Assembly (NCBI GenBank): GCA_021731295.1
Contig: JAKFXQ010000024.1
Location: 1 to 53,553 of the forward strand
Direction: 5' to 3'
DNA: 53,553 nt
Source of the DNA: Patescibacteria group bacterium
GTDB taxonomy: Bacteria; Patescibacteriota; Minisyncoccia; Phycocordibacterales; UBA2100
Positions 11,317 to 20,796 of this stretch are shown one piece after another (position 1 is the stretch's first letter; each line of letters opens with the position of its first letter). A program made the translations under genes and the position numbers. The notes beneath the pieces are model-generated. The model had not been told where the DNA came from. It worked only from the letters and a program-made list of their open reading frames with translations, and did not search any database.

Positions 11317-11345
11317 ATACTAGATGGCCTGCCACCCATTGTCAA
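11317..11345 (-). promoter_or_regulatory. Sigma70 promoter of 16S gene
   Basis: TTGACA-17 nt-TAGTAT on the minus strand ~200 nt upstream of 16S. Confidence 0.75.
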
Positions 11346-11449
11346 ATCTGGCGTTTTGGGCACATCCTGGGGAGAAAATGGGGACAATTAAGGGCCCCCG
11401 GAGCAGTGCTCCGGGGGCCCCTTTGGCCACTTTTGAGGCGACCTTTGGC

Positions 11450-11737
11450 CTACCCGCGCCGGTTTGCGGCGGGGCGATTCGGCGCGATGCCGTCAGGGCG
11501 ACGCGGGCCGCACGCGACGAGATACGGGTCGTTGTACTCCCGTTTCCGGAAAAGCTCCGGCCGGCTCGCACGGCTCATGGCGTCGGTCGCCTGAGGGAAC
11601 GCGGCCGCGATGCGGTCGAGATTCTCCTCGCTGTTCAGGAACCGTTGCATCGCGGCCGAACGCTGCCTGATGCGATGCCAGAGCGCCCTGGTCTCGTCCA
11701 ACGTAAGTGCATCCGCCTTGCTTGGCGTCTTGGTCAT
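11450..11737 (-). CDS. Hypothetical protein
   Basis: MTKTPSKA start with AAAGGAGAGG SD; GC hairpin at ~11391-11423 downstream. Confidence 0.55.
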   Translation of the reverse strand: MTKTPSKADALTLDETRALWHRIRQRSAAMQRFLNSEENLDRIAAAFPQATDAMSRASRPELFRKREYNDPYLVACGPRRPDGIAPNRPAANRRG

Positions 11738-12044
11738 ACAGACCTCTCCTTTTTCGTTACTTCGTGTACACGCGGAGTCGTATCCGCCAGAACCATGAAC
11801 TGACATGGCCCGAAGAGCGATGGTAAAGGAGCGAGCATGGATGTCAACGAAACTTGCGCGGCGTGCGGTGTGTTGGTATTCTCTCGCCATGCAGTCGTCT
11901 GCACATCAGAACTATTGGTACTTTACCGGCCCCTCCTGTGGAGAGGATTGTTCTGATGCGTAAGCGCCCCTAAAGAAATCAGAGCAACCCCCTCCACCAG
12001 GAGGGGGTTTGCATTCGCAAGCTCACATGCTCGAGGAGGCTTCC

Positions 12045-12242
12045 ATGAGCACGAATAGTTCTGTGAACGTTGAGACGTCGCCTCTGGATGAGGCCTTGTT
12101 CAAAGCCATCTATGGCGAGGACAAGTACGAGACGCTGTACAAGGAGGCCGTCGCTTCCATGAAGCGCGGCCGCCACCCTCGTGTGATTCGTGACGAACTG
12201 CGCCAAGCAGTCCGTGCACGCCAATCCGGCACGAGCCAATAG
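12045..12242 (+). CDS. Small hypothetical protein
   Basis: GAGGAGG SD before MSTNSS; hairpin downstream at ~12262-12290. Confidence 0.65.
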   Translation: MSTNSSVNVETSPLDEALFKAIYGEDKYETLYKEAVASMKRGRHPRVIRDELRQAVRARQSGTSQ

Positions 12243-12302
12243 GCGCACTGCGCGCCTCTGGATGGACCCATCGCATTGCGATGGGTCCATTTGTCTTCTC
12301 CA

Positions 12303-12331
12303 TTGACAACACTTGGACGCATGGGTACAGT
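12303..12331 (+). promoter_or_regulatory. Sigma70 promoter of T-box leader
   Basis: TTGACA-17 nt-TACAGT. Confidence 0.8.
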
Positions 12332-12337
12332 CCGGAT

Positions 12338-12553
12338 AGATACGCTGATGGTTGCGATCCCTGCATAGGCAGGGACTGGGTCGCGACCGCCCTCGGGCAC
12401 AGCGATTCCTGCGTAAGTGGGAATCCGGGTTCTCCCGTAACAGAGATAACCGATGTCGCTACGGCGGAGTCGGCAAGACCAAACTAAGGTGGCACCGTGG
12501 AGAAATCCGCCCTTATTGCACGAAATCTTTTCGCGCAGTAGGGGCGGGTTTTT
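12338..12553 (+). promoter_or_regulatory. T-box riboswitch (transcription antitermination), probable Trp specifier
   Basis: Antiterminator UAAGG-UGGCACC-GUGGA-GAAA-UCCGC-CCUUA (12485-12515) overlapping terminator CCGCCCUUAUUGC...GCAGUAGGGGCGG-GUUUUU; Stem I bulge contains UGG (12377-12379); Stem II, IIA-like and III hairpins between. Confidence 0.88.
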
Positions 12554-12612
12554 GTTACAACAAGGACCTCGCAGACTGCTCTTTGGTACACGCATACACG
12601 ATGGAGGAATGC

Positions 12613-13623
12613 ATGAAGCATAGACCGCTTCAGAAACTGAGTGACTTTGTGGTTGAGGAGATGCCCGTAGTGCTCGCTCAGAGCCCTGCGCAGCTTCCCG
12701 AAGCCAGCAAACACCTTGCGGCACTGGTGCCCGAAACGGTAGTCACGGAAGCGATGCACGAGCGTCGCGGCCTAGCACTACTTGATGTGACCATGCTCGA
12801 GGCGGGCATCGTCCACTCGGGCCACACTGCCCCGCGAGAGCTCACCGCTCTTGTTGAGCGCATCGCGGGCGACGAATATCCCGTACTCACGTACGAGAAC
12901 ATCGTCCTCATCAATCCGGGCGAAGACCTGCGAACATTCACGGCCGGAGAAGTCGGTGCGGTTGAGAAATCGTTCTACCGACAGCACTGGTTCGTGGAAG
13001 ACAGGCTCCTCGCTGCGACACGCGCTGTCATATCCACGCTCGACAAACTGGATGAAGGCGATTGCGCCGGCGCCGCGATTGAGTTGCGCGCCGTCCCGCC
13101 CTGCCTCATCGCAGTGCGGAACGCGACAGACATGCTCCGTGGCATGCCGAAGGAACACTTCCAAGCGTTCCGGAAGTATCTCGGAGTCCATCCGGTCAGG
13201 GACCTCAAAGGTCCGAGCGGTGCGTTCACTGCTCGTATCCCCGCGCTGGAGTTCGCTCTGCGCGGCGATGAGCTGCCGTCTTCATATCGGCAGTACATCG
13301 AAGACAACTGGCTGTATCTGCCCCGACGCGACCGCGCTATCCTGCGCCGCATTCTCAACGAAAGCACGCAGGGACGTACGCTCGAGAAAGCGTATCGCAA
13401 GAACGGTTCGCCGAAAGAGCTGACGAGTCCGCTCAATGCGTTGAGCGACTTCTTCTTGGAGTTCCGCAAAGTGCATCTGCGCGCAGTCGGGAAGCATATT
13501 CCCGAAGCGCTCAATGATGCGACGCTCGGCACGGCCGGAGAAAAGCCCGGAACATTCTTGAGGGAGCGACTCGCTCACTCACGACGTGCGGATAAGCAAC
13601 AGGATGGAGGTACGAATGACTAG
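12613..13623 (+). CDS. PrnB/IDO/TDO-superfamily heme dioxygenase-like protein
   Basis: RTFT..E..FY..H, F..FRKYL, GPSGA, FRKVH (likely proximal His), GTAG (cf. GTGG loop); GGAGG SD. Confidence 0.75.
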   Translation: MKHRPLQKLSDFVVEEMPVVLAQSPAQLPEASKHLAALVPETVVTEAMHERRGLALLDVTMLEAGIVHSGHTAPRELTALVERIAGDEYPVLTYENIVLINPGEDLRTFTAGEVGAVEKSFYRQHWFVEDRLLAATRAVISTLDKLDEGDCAGAAIELRAVPPCLIAVRNATDMLRGMPKEHFQAFRKYLGVHPVRDLKGPSGAFTARIPALEFALRGDELPSSYRQYIEDNWLYLPRRDRAILRRILNESTQGRTLEKAYRKNGSPKELTSPLNALSDFFLEFRKVHLRAVGKHIPEALNDATLGTAGEKPGTFLRERLAHSRRADKQQDGGTND

Positions 13624-14614
13624 TCTGTACAGGCCGCAACGTCTCATCAAGGGATGCTGGCAGCTTTCCAAGGGTCATGGCCCTGCGGCCGACGGCGACA
13701 CCTTGGAAGATGTGCGTGCGTTCGCACGTGCAGGCTTCACGACGTTCGACTGCGCCGATATCTACACCGGCGCCGAAGAACTGCTCGGGCGATTGCGTTT
13801 GGAGTGCCCCACAATGACGGTGCACACCAAGTTCGTCCCCGATCTCGCGATGCTTCCTTCGATGACCCGAGGCTATGTGGAATCAATCATCGATCGATCG
13901 CTCCAACGCCTCCGGGCCGAGCGACTCGATTTGGTGCAGTTCCACTGGTGGGACTTCGCCGTCCCCCGATACGTCGAAACGGCCCAGCATCTGCAGAGAC
14001 TTGTAGAGGCAGGCAAAATCGCACGCATCGGCGTCACTAACTGCGACGTCGAGCATCTCGCGATGCTCATCGACGCAGGAGTCCCTGTTGCCGCGAACCA
14101 AGTTCAGTACTCGCTCTTGGACCAGCGGCCGCACGGACGCATGACGGAGTACTGTGCCGACCATTCGGTCGCATTGCTCTGTTACGGCGCGCTCGCTGGC
14201 GGATTCCTCTCAGAGGATTTCCTCGGCATGACACAGGCGCCCGAATCGTTGCGTAATCGATCGCTGGTGAAATACAAACTGGTTATCGATGACCGTGGCG
14301 GTTGGGACTGGTTCCAAGCACTTCTGCAGACACTCTCGCGCGTCGCACAGACGCACGACGTGCGCATTGCAGAAGTGTGCCTGAACTACACACTCGGCAT
14401 GCCCGGCGTTGCGTCCGTCATCAGCGGCGGTAGTGCACGGCGGCTCGATACGCTCGTTCGCGCAGAGAGCCTCGTGCTTAGCGCGAGCGAACGCGATGCG
14501 ATTGCGTACGCTGTCGCACAGGGCACTCCCCTCCTTGGGGATGTGTACCAGCTCGAGCGCGACCGCTCGGGAAAGCATGCCCAGATCATGCGCTACAATC
14601 AGAACATCGTGTGA
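13616..14614 (+). CDS. Aldo/keto reductase
   Basis: GCWQL, FDCADIY, HTKF, LDLVQFHWW, IGVTN, NQVQYSLLD; start overlaps upstream stop. Confidence 0.95.
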   Translation: MTSLYRPQRLIKGCWQLSKGHGPAADGDTLEDVRAFARAGFTTFDCADIYTGAEELLGRLRLECPTMTVHTKFVPDLAMLPSMTRGYVESIIDRSLQRLRAERLDLVQFHWWDFAVPRYVETAQHLQRLVEAGKIARIGVTNCDVEHLAMLIDAGVPVAANQVQYSLLDQRPHGRMTEYCADHSVALLCYGALAGGFLSEDFLGMTQAPESLRNRSLVKYKLVIDDRGGWDWFQALLQTLSRVAQTHDVRIAEVCLNYTLGMPGVASVISGGSARRLDTLVRAESLVLSASERDAIAYAVAQGTPLLGDVYQLERDRSGKHAQIMRYNQNIV

Positions 14615-14685
14615 TCATGCAGCATTTGTCGGGGGCGGCTCACGCTGCCCCCGACTCTAAGACTTATAAACGACACCATTTGCAT

Positions 14686-15036
14686 ATGAACCAAGACGAC
14701 ACGTTTGAACTGTACGATTTGCGCGTTGAAGTCGCGCGCTGTGAGGGAAAGATGGTATGCAACCACGCCATTGGTGACTATTTTGAATTGCACGGCGAGA
14801 ATCTATACATCCCTGACGGGAAACCATTTTCAATCTACGCGCTCGCCGCACTTCTGCCTCTCCTTCCTGCAAAGCAGCGTCCGACACATGTGAACGATTG
14901 GATGACTACAGACACTGACGTCGCATGCCCCGATCCGCACTGTGGTGCCATCTTTCGCATTACACGCACGGGAAAGCGCACCTTGAAACATGCCGACGTT
15001 AGTGCGGTGCCTCTGAAGATGGACGATTCGCAGTAA
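14686..15036 (+). CDS. TIGR04076-like Cys-containing protein
   Basis: FELYDLRVEV, C.H..GDYF, FSIYALAALLPLLPAKQR, ACPDPHCG. Confidence 0.8.
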   Translation: MNQDDTFELYDLRVEVARCEGKMVCNHAIGDYFELHGENLYIPDGKPFSIYALAALLPLLPAKQRPTHVNDWMTTDTDVACPDPHCGAIFRITRTGKRTLKHADVSAVPLKMDDSQ

Positions 15037-15053
15037 GTTTGCGAGCCTCTCCG

Positions 15054-15965
15054 TTATTTTTTCTTCCTCTTGTGACGAAGACGTTCTTCTACTGCCACCA
15101 AGAGTGGCGTAGCGAGCGCGATGGATGAATACGTACCGGCGGCGATACCGATGATGAGTGTGAGTGCGAAATCTTGCGTTGCTTCTGGGCCAATCAAGAA
15201 GAGTGCACCAAGAGACGCGAGTGTCGTGAGAGACGTGTTGATGGAGCGTCCGATGGTCTGGTCGACTGCACGTCCTGCAACAAGCTCGAAATCTTCAGTA
15301 CGATTCTTCTCCTGATTGATGGCAAGATTCTCACGTGTGCGGTCGAAGACCACAATGGTGTCGTGCACGGAGTACCCGAGAATGGTGAGAATTGCGGTTA
15401 CGAACAATGCGTCTACCTGTGCCCCCCACAGATATCCGAAGACAGCGAATGCGCCCAAAGGAACAATGATGTCGTGGGCCAATGTAACAATGGTGATGAA
15501 TCCGTAGACCCAGCTGGAAACAGGCTCCGATACTTTACGAAACGCAAACGCAATGAAGAGAACTATCGCAAGCACGACGAGCGTGAGCGCGAGTATCGCC
15601 TTGTTACGCAGCTCCTTGCCGATGGACGGGCCGATGTCGCTCAAGCGCTCGATGCTTCCGGTGCTTTCCCCAACACTTACGGCGCCAGCGAGAGCCTCGC
15701 GCGCATCTTCTGAAAGTGGTGCGGAGCGAATGATGTAACCCGACTCACTTTCACGGACGCTCACGCTTTCAAGTCCTGCGGCCTCCAACTGACTCGTGAG
15801 TGCGTCCTTCTCTGGTAGCGTGCCCGGATAGCGCACCTCCACAAGCGCACCTCCCGTGAAGTCAGCAGAGATGTTGAGTCCAAAGACGAACAGTGCGCCC
15901 AATGAGAGCAGCGAGAGCGCGCCTATCACCGCGAAGCAAATGTTTCTATAGTGGACGAAAATCAT
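15054..15965 (-). CDS. secF: Protein translocase subunit SecF
   Basis: DFTGG, IGPSIGKEL, GYSVHDTIVVFDRTRE, GTYSSI. Confidence 0.97.
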   Translation of the reverse strand: MIFVHYRNICFAVIGALSLLSLGALFVFGLNISADFTGGALVEVRYPGTLPEKDALTSQLEAAGLESVSVRESESGYIIRSAPLSEDAREALAGAVSVGESTGSIERLSDIGPSIGKELRNKAILALTLVVLAIVLFIAFAFRKVSEPVSSWVYGFITIVTLAHDIIVPLGAFAVFGYLWGAQVDALFVTAILTILGYSVHDTIVVFDRTRENLAINQEKNRTEDFELVAGRAVDQTIGRSINTSLTTLASLGALFLIGPEATQDFALTLIIGIAAGTYSSIALATPLLVAVEERLRHKRKKK

Positions 15966-17284
15966 AGGCGTACTCCGCTCCCAAAGAGCTTACGATAAAA
16001 CGGCTTGTCACCGCTCACCGAGACAGCAAGCAAGAAGGTGCGAGAAACGGTGATGGCGGTGAGCATGGAAACGAGGACGCCGAGCCCGAAGACCAGCGCG
16101 AAGCCTTTCACGATGGATGTGCCAAGCCAGAACAGGATGGTTGCCGTAATCATGGATGAGATGTTCGAGTCGCGAATGGATGCCCACGCACGTGCGAATC
16201 CTTCACGTACCGCGGCTTCCACGGACTTCCCTTTCTCTAGCTCTTCTTTCATGCGCGCGAATATAAGGACGTTCGCATCCACCGCCATACCGATGGAGAG
16301 AATAAATGCAGCGATACCTGCGGCAGTAAGTGTTACGGGGATGAGCTTGAAGAGTGCGAGGGTGAGCACCGCATAGAGAACGAGTGCGAGCGTGGCGAGA
16401 AGCCCAGGCAGGCGGAACCAGATAATCATGAACAGTGCGACCGCGCCCAACCCCCAAAAGCCTGCAGTGATACCGTCTGCGACTGCTTCCGCACCCAACG
16501 TGCCTGAAACGGCTTGTGTTGAGAGCAGTGTGATGGGGACAGGGAGCGCACCAAAGTTCAGGTTGCGCACGAGTTCACGCGCCTCGGTCGGCGTGAAATT
16601 TCCAGAGATTACCGCCGTGCCTCCCGGAATTGGTTCACGAATGACCGGAATGGAGATGAGCGAGCCGTCGAGGAAGATGCCAAATGGGCGGCCGATATTA
16701 TCAGCGGTTAGATTGGCGAACAGTTCGCCGCCTTCAGAATTGAAATCGACGACGACCACTGCTTCGTTTGCGAGACCGCTGCCGTTTCCGAACTGCAGAG
16801 ATGCGCGAGCGACATGCTTGCCGGTAACGGTCGCGGGTTCAAACTGCTCACGAATAGTTTCGAGTGATGAACCTTCGGGCGGCGACACCGCATCAGCCTT
16901 AAGCAGGCGGAATTCGAGGGTCGGTGTCTGACCAATCATGTCTATCGCAGCTTGTGTGTCGGTGACCCCCGGCAACTCAACAATGAGACGCTCTTCCGTC
17001 TCCCCTGCGAGGGTGCCGCCCCGCTCCGTCTGCACGAGTGGTTCTGCGACGCCGAAGATGTTCACGCGGCGCTCAATGGTGTCGCGCAGGGCGTCCATCG
17101 AATCACGTACCGTGGTTGGCGGGATGCTCGAAAGGTCGGCTTTGTAGATGAGCTGGGTGCCGCCGGAGAGGTCGAGGCCGAGCCTAAACGGGCGGTATCC
17201 ATTCACTTGGGAGTCATACACAAACCACGCCAAGCCGGCGCCGATGAAAAAGATGGCTAGCGCGGTAAGGCGCGTTTTCAACAT
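15962..17284 (-). CDS. secD: Protein translocase subunit SecD
   Basis: LGLDLSGG, GVAEP, VELPG, GALPVP, GMAVDANVLIF.RMKEE. Confidence 0.97.
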   Translation of the reverse strand: MLKTRLTALAIFFIGAGLAWFVYDSQVNGYRPFRLGLDLSGGTQLIYKADLSSIPPTTVRDSMDALRDTIERRVNIFGVAEPLVQTERGGTLAGETEERLIVELPGVTDTQAAIDMIGQTPTLEFRLLKADAVSPPEGSSLETIREQFEPATVTGKHVARASLQFGNGSGLANEAVVVVDFNSEGGELFANLTADNIGRPFGIFLDGSLISIPVIREPIPGGTAVISGNFTPTEARELVRNLNFGALPVPITLLSTQAVSGTLGAEAVADGITAGFWGLGAVALFMIIWFRLPGLLATLALVLYAVLTLALFKLIPVTLTAAGIAAFILSIGMAVDANVLIFARMKEELEKGKSVEAAVREGFARAWASIRDSNISSMITATILFWLGTSIVKGFALVFGLGVLVSMLTAITVSRTFLLAVSVSGDKPFYRKLFGSGVRL

Positions 17285-17391
17285 GCTCGGGAGTATACCC
17301 GCAGAAGTACTTTCTCTGAAATTTGACGATACATTCTATTTATGTCATATTAGTCCCAGCGGCAATGACCTGTGGCTGGGAGCAACAGACC

Positions 17392-17598
17392 ATGTTTACG
17401 TGGAACGGAGCGTTCATACTCTTTCTTGCGGTTTTCGTCGGCGCGCTGTGGGTGTACGGACTGGTACATCTCACGGCATGGATCGGACTGCCCTTCCCGA
17501 ACTGGGTTCGGGTCGTCGTGTTCATCGGCGTCGCTGGCGTGACCACACTTCTCTTCACCACCGCCACGAGCGGCGACCAGGACGAGAATGACAATTGA
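17392..17598 (+). CDS. Small two-TM membrane protein
   Basis: Two hydrophobic helices and an acidic tail; start uncertain. Confidence 0.55.
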   Translation: MFTWNGAFILFLAVFVGALWVYGLVHLTAWIGLPFPNWVRVVVFIGVAGVTTLLFTTATSGDQDENDN

Positions 17599-17652
17599 GG
17601 TACAACGAATGCAGAGGGCGGCGCACATGCCGCCCTTTCGTATTCCCGCGTA

Positions 17653-18417
17653 TCAAGAGGCGCGAGAGAGAGCGACGAGATTTTTGAAAATCATCGCGAC
17701 CGCGATAGGACCGACGCCACCGGGAACCGGTGTGAACACGCTGGCCTTCTCCGCGCACGCAGGGTCAGCATCTCCTACTACCTTCCCGCTCGACTCGCTC
17801 GTCCCCGCATCAATGATGACGACACCGTGTTTAATGTGTTCGGGCTTCACCATGCCGGACTCACCCGCGCCAAGGACAATAATGTCTGCATCCTTTAGTG
17901 CGTCGAGTACGTCACCTTTCTGCAACACCGTGACGTGCGCGCCCATATCGCGTAGCACATCAGCACATGGCTTCCCTACCAAGCGACCCGCGCCGACGAC
18001 AACGGCACGTGCATCAAACACCTGCACCGATTCTGCATTCAAAATTTCTTCAGCAGCGGCCGCAACTGGCGGTCGCACACGCGGGGTCGCCGATATGCCG
18101 TCTACATCTTTTTCTGGTGGAATGCAGGCAAGTACTCGTTCCGTATCTATATGCTCCGGCAGAGGGAGTTGCACGATGAGTCCGTGCGTACGTGCGGCGA
18201 GTGAGCCGACCGCATCTTCTATTTCGCTCTGGGTCGCACTCTCCGAAAGCGTGTCGCGTTCAACGATGACGCCAAGCCGCGCTGCGGCGCGTTCTTTCGC
18301 GCGCACGAACGAACTCGTGACCGGATCCGCTCCTATCATGAGAATACCGAGCGAAAGCGGCTGATGCCCGAGCGATGTATATATCCGCTCGGCAATGAGC
18401 TTCCCATCAAGAATCAT
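17653..18417 (-). CDS. folD: Methylenetetrahydrofolate dehydrogenase/cyclohydrolase
   Basis: MILDGK, IVQLPLP, KDVDG, G.G.LVGKP, TPVPGGVGP. Confidence 0.95.
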   Translation of the reverse strand: MILDGKLIAERIYTSLGHQPLSLGILMIGADPVTSSFVRAKERAAARLGVIVERDTLSESATQSEIEDAVGSLAARTHGLIVQLPLPEHIDTERVLACIPPEKDVDGISATPRVRPPVAAAAEEILNAESVQVFDARAVVVGAGRLVGKPCADVLRDMGAHVTVLQKGDVLDALKDADIIVLGAGESGMVKPEHIKHGVVIIDAGTSESSGKVVGDADPACAEKASVFTPVPGGVGPIAVAMIFKNLVALSRAS

Positions 18418-18419
18418 AG

Positions 18420-19382
18420 CTATGACAATCCCCACTCCTTCTTCAATTGTTCGATACCTTCTTCCAGCGTGATGGTTGGCTCCCAGTCCAATAGTTCCTT
18501 TGCACGACGATTGTCAGCTTCTGAATGTTTTGCTTCAACGCGCGGGGCAGCATACCGAATCTTCCCCCCAAACATTTCTGCGAGCGCCTGAATGGTCATG
18601 CGACGACCCGCACCAATATTGATGACTTCGCCCTTCCCTACTTTTTTGCTCTTCGCTGCGAGGATGTTTGCGCGCACGACATCATCTACGTGCGTATAAT
18701 CGCGCGTGATAGTTCCGTCGCCGAAAATCGTAATCGGCCTTCCTTCCTTTCGTGCAAGCAGAAACGCACCGACGGCAAGTGCGTACGGCCCATGCGGATC
18801 AATACCCGGTCCATAGACGTTGAAGTAGCGGAGTGAGACCGTTTCAATGCCATACAAGTCGGCCCACAGTTTCGCCTTAAGTTCGCCCACATATTTCTGC
18901 AATCCGTACGGATTCACCGGATTCGCTGGCATGTCTTCATGCAGGGGTAGCGTCTCTTGCATGCCGTATGCCGAACCCGATGCGGAATAGACGACGCGGC
19001 GCACTCCAGCTTTCGCCGCCGCATCGAGCACCGATACTGTTCCCATGATGTTCACGTCACTCGTCTCGAATGGATGCTCTATAGAATACGGAACGCGTGG
19101 AATCGCAGCCGTATGGAATACGGTGTCTACGCCTTTACACAATTTCGCTAGTTTCGCCGTGTCGCGCATATCAACCCGGGTGTATTTCGCCTTTTTAATC
19201 ATTCGCTCGGGCTTGTCCCCCTCGGCAAAAATATCTACGACGATGACATCGTGCCCCTGGTCGATAAGTTCGCGAACAAGGTGGTGCCCAATGAAGCCGG
19301 CTCCGCCCGTAACGAGCATCTTCTTTTTGTTCGCCTTCACGGATTTCCGCGCGGGTTTCTTTGTCGTGGTTTTCTTTTTCAT
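18420..19382 (-). CDS. NAD-dependent nucleotide-sugar epimerase/dehydratase
   Basis: VTGGAGFIG, YGLQK, LRYFNVYGP, GDG..TRDY. Confidence 0.95.
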   Translation of the reverse strand: MKKKTTTKKPARKSVKANKKKMLVTGGAGFIGHHLVRELIDQGHDVIVVDIFAEGDKPERMIKKAKYTRVDMRDTAKLAKLCKGVDTVFHTAAIPRVPYSIEHPFETSDVNIMGTVSVLDAAAKAGVRRVVYSASGSAYGMQETLPLHEDMPANPVNPYGLQKYVGELKAKLWADLYGIETVSLRYFNVYGPGIDPHGPYALAVGAFLLARKEGRPITIFGDGTITRDYTHVDDVVRANILAAKSKKVGKGEVINIGAGRRMTIQALAEMFGGKIRYAAPRVEAKHSEADNRRAKELLDWEPTITLEEGIEQLKKEWGLS

Positions 19383-20728
19383 GAGCCTTTTGCGGTGAGC
19401 ATGATGCGGAATGTCTGCAAGAGAATGAATATGTCGAGCAAGAGCGACCGGTGCTTAAAGTAGTACAAGTCGTAGGAAAGCTTCTCTTTCGTTTCCAAAA
19501 CGTCGGCACCATGGTGAGGATGCCGGTCGTGTTTTATCTGTGCCCAGCCGGAGAGTCCGGGAGCAACCAGATAGCGCGCGTTGTAATACGGGATACGAGC
19601 GTTGTAGTGGGCTGCCAAGGTCGGTAGCTCCGGCCGAGGCCCCACAAACGAGAGATCGCCTCGCAGAATATTCCACACTTGCGGGAACTCGTCAATACGT
19701 AGTAAACGCAGCCACTTCCCCACACTGGTCACGACGAGCTTCGTCTTTCCGTTTTCATACTTACCGTCATCGTTCCCCGACATGCTACGGAATTTGTAGA
19801 TGCGAATGGGTTTCTGGTAGCGACCAACGCGCTCCTGCGTAATGAAAAGTGGACCACCATCATCGAGCCGAATCGCGAGTGCGACAAACGGATACAGTGG
19901 CACCGTAACCACAGCGAGCATGATACCGAGCACGATATCAATGAGGCGCTTCACGCCATCGTACAAACGTGAGCGCATGAGATTCGAGAGCACCCATTCA
20001 TAATCCACGAACGACAGTGGCGTCTTCTCGAAGACCTCTTCGTATAGTTCGGTTATATCCACGAGCGCGAAACGACGTTTGTTGAACGCGGCGTCATAGA
20101 CGATAGGGAGCGCGACCTCGAACGCGGCGTCGGAGAAATCAACTACGAGAAACGACAGGTCATCTTCCTCGATGACGCGACACGCTTGCTGAATGACCTC
20201 GTGAGACGCTGCGTGTTTCGTATCCACGATGCACTCAAACGCGAATGAATAGCCGCCCTTCCCCACCTCGTCAGCGAGCGCTTTCGCGTCCGGCCCAGAG
20301 GCAATGAGAATTCCCTTCATCCGGCCGTCGGAGCGCAAGCGCGGGAAGACAACGACGCGCCACAGGAAGATGCCTATCGAAGAGACGATGAGGTAGATGA
20401 GGAGAATTGTTTTCGGTGTGATGCCGAAAAATGGAATGAGAAAGAAGAACAATGCAGCGAGGACGATATTTACCGTCTGCGTATAGAGAATTGTCGGGAG
20501 AAGTCGTGAGCGGAAGATGCTAGTCTGCCTGCCATAGAGCCCCGCGAGGAAGAACACAACAAACCAGACACCGAAGAGAATCACGAACGGAGACGCGTGC
20601 ACTACGAGAGTATCCGCCGCAGGAACGCTTACATACCGTATGGCCAAGGTCGCCCACAGGGACACCAAAAAGACCACAAGGTCTCCCAGGAGCAAGACGA
20701 GATACTCCCTGCGTGGCACAAGGGTCAT
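19379..20728 (-). CDS. Polyprenyl-phosphate sugar phosphotransferase (WcaJ/WbaP-like)
   Basis: N-terminal TMs; KRLID, YKFRSM, RIDEFPQ, GPRPE, PGLSGWAQ, DLYY. Confidence 0.95.
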   Translation of the reverse strand: MTLVPRREYLVLLLGDLVVFLVSLWATLAIRYVSVPAADTLVVHASPFVILFGVWFVVFFLAGLYGRQTSIFRSRLLPTILYTQTVNIVLAALFFFLIPFFGITPKTILLIYLIVSSIGIFLWRVVVFPRLRSDGRMKGILIASGPDAKALADEVGKGGYSFAFECIVDTKHAASHEVIQQACRVIEEDDLSFLVVDFSDAAFEVALPIVYDAAFNKRRFALVDITELYEEVFEKTPLSFVDYEWVLSNLMRSRLYDGVKRLIDIVLGIMLAVVTVPLYPFVALAIRLDDGGPLFITQERVGRYQKPIRIYKFRSMSGNDDGKYENGKTKLVVTSVGKWLRLLRIDEFPQVWNILRGDLSFVGPRPELPTLAAHYNARIPYYNARYLVAPGLSGWAQIKHDRHPHHGADVLETKEKLSYDLYYFKHRSLLLDIFILLQTFRIMLTAKGS

Positions 20729-20796
20729 ATATGTAGTATCATGGCCGAAAACAGGGATATATTCAACAACTCACCATACTCCCCCGTGTGCGCAGT

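Noticed and set aside
12352-12612. 87-aa N-terminal extension of the PrnB-like ORF
   Set aside because: Overlaps the T-box; the SD-led ATG at 12613 is the better start
14628-14655. Strong hairpin between the AKR and TIGR04076-like genes as a terminator
   Set aside because: No U tract; it may be a stabiliser or pause site, so co-transcription of the third gene remains unproven
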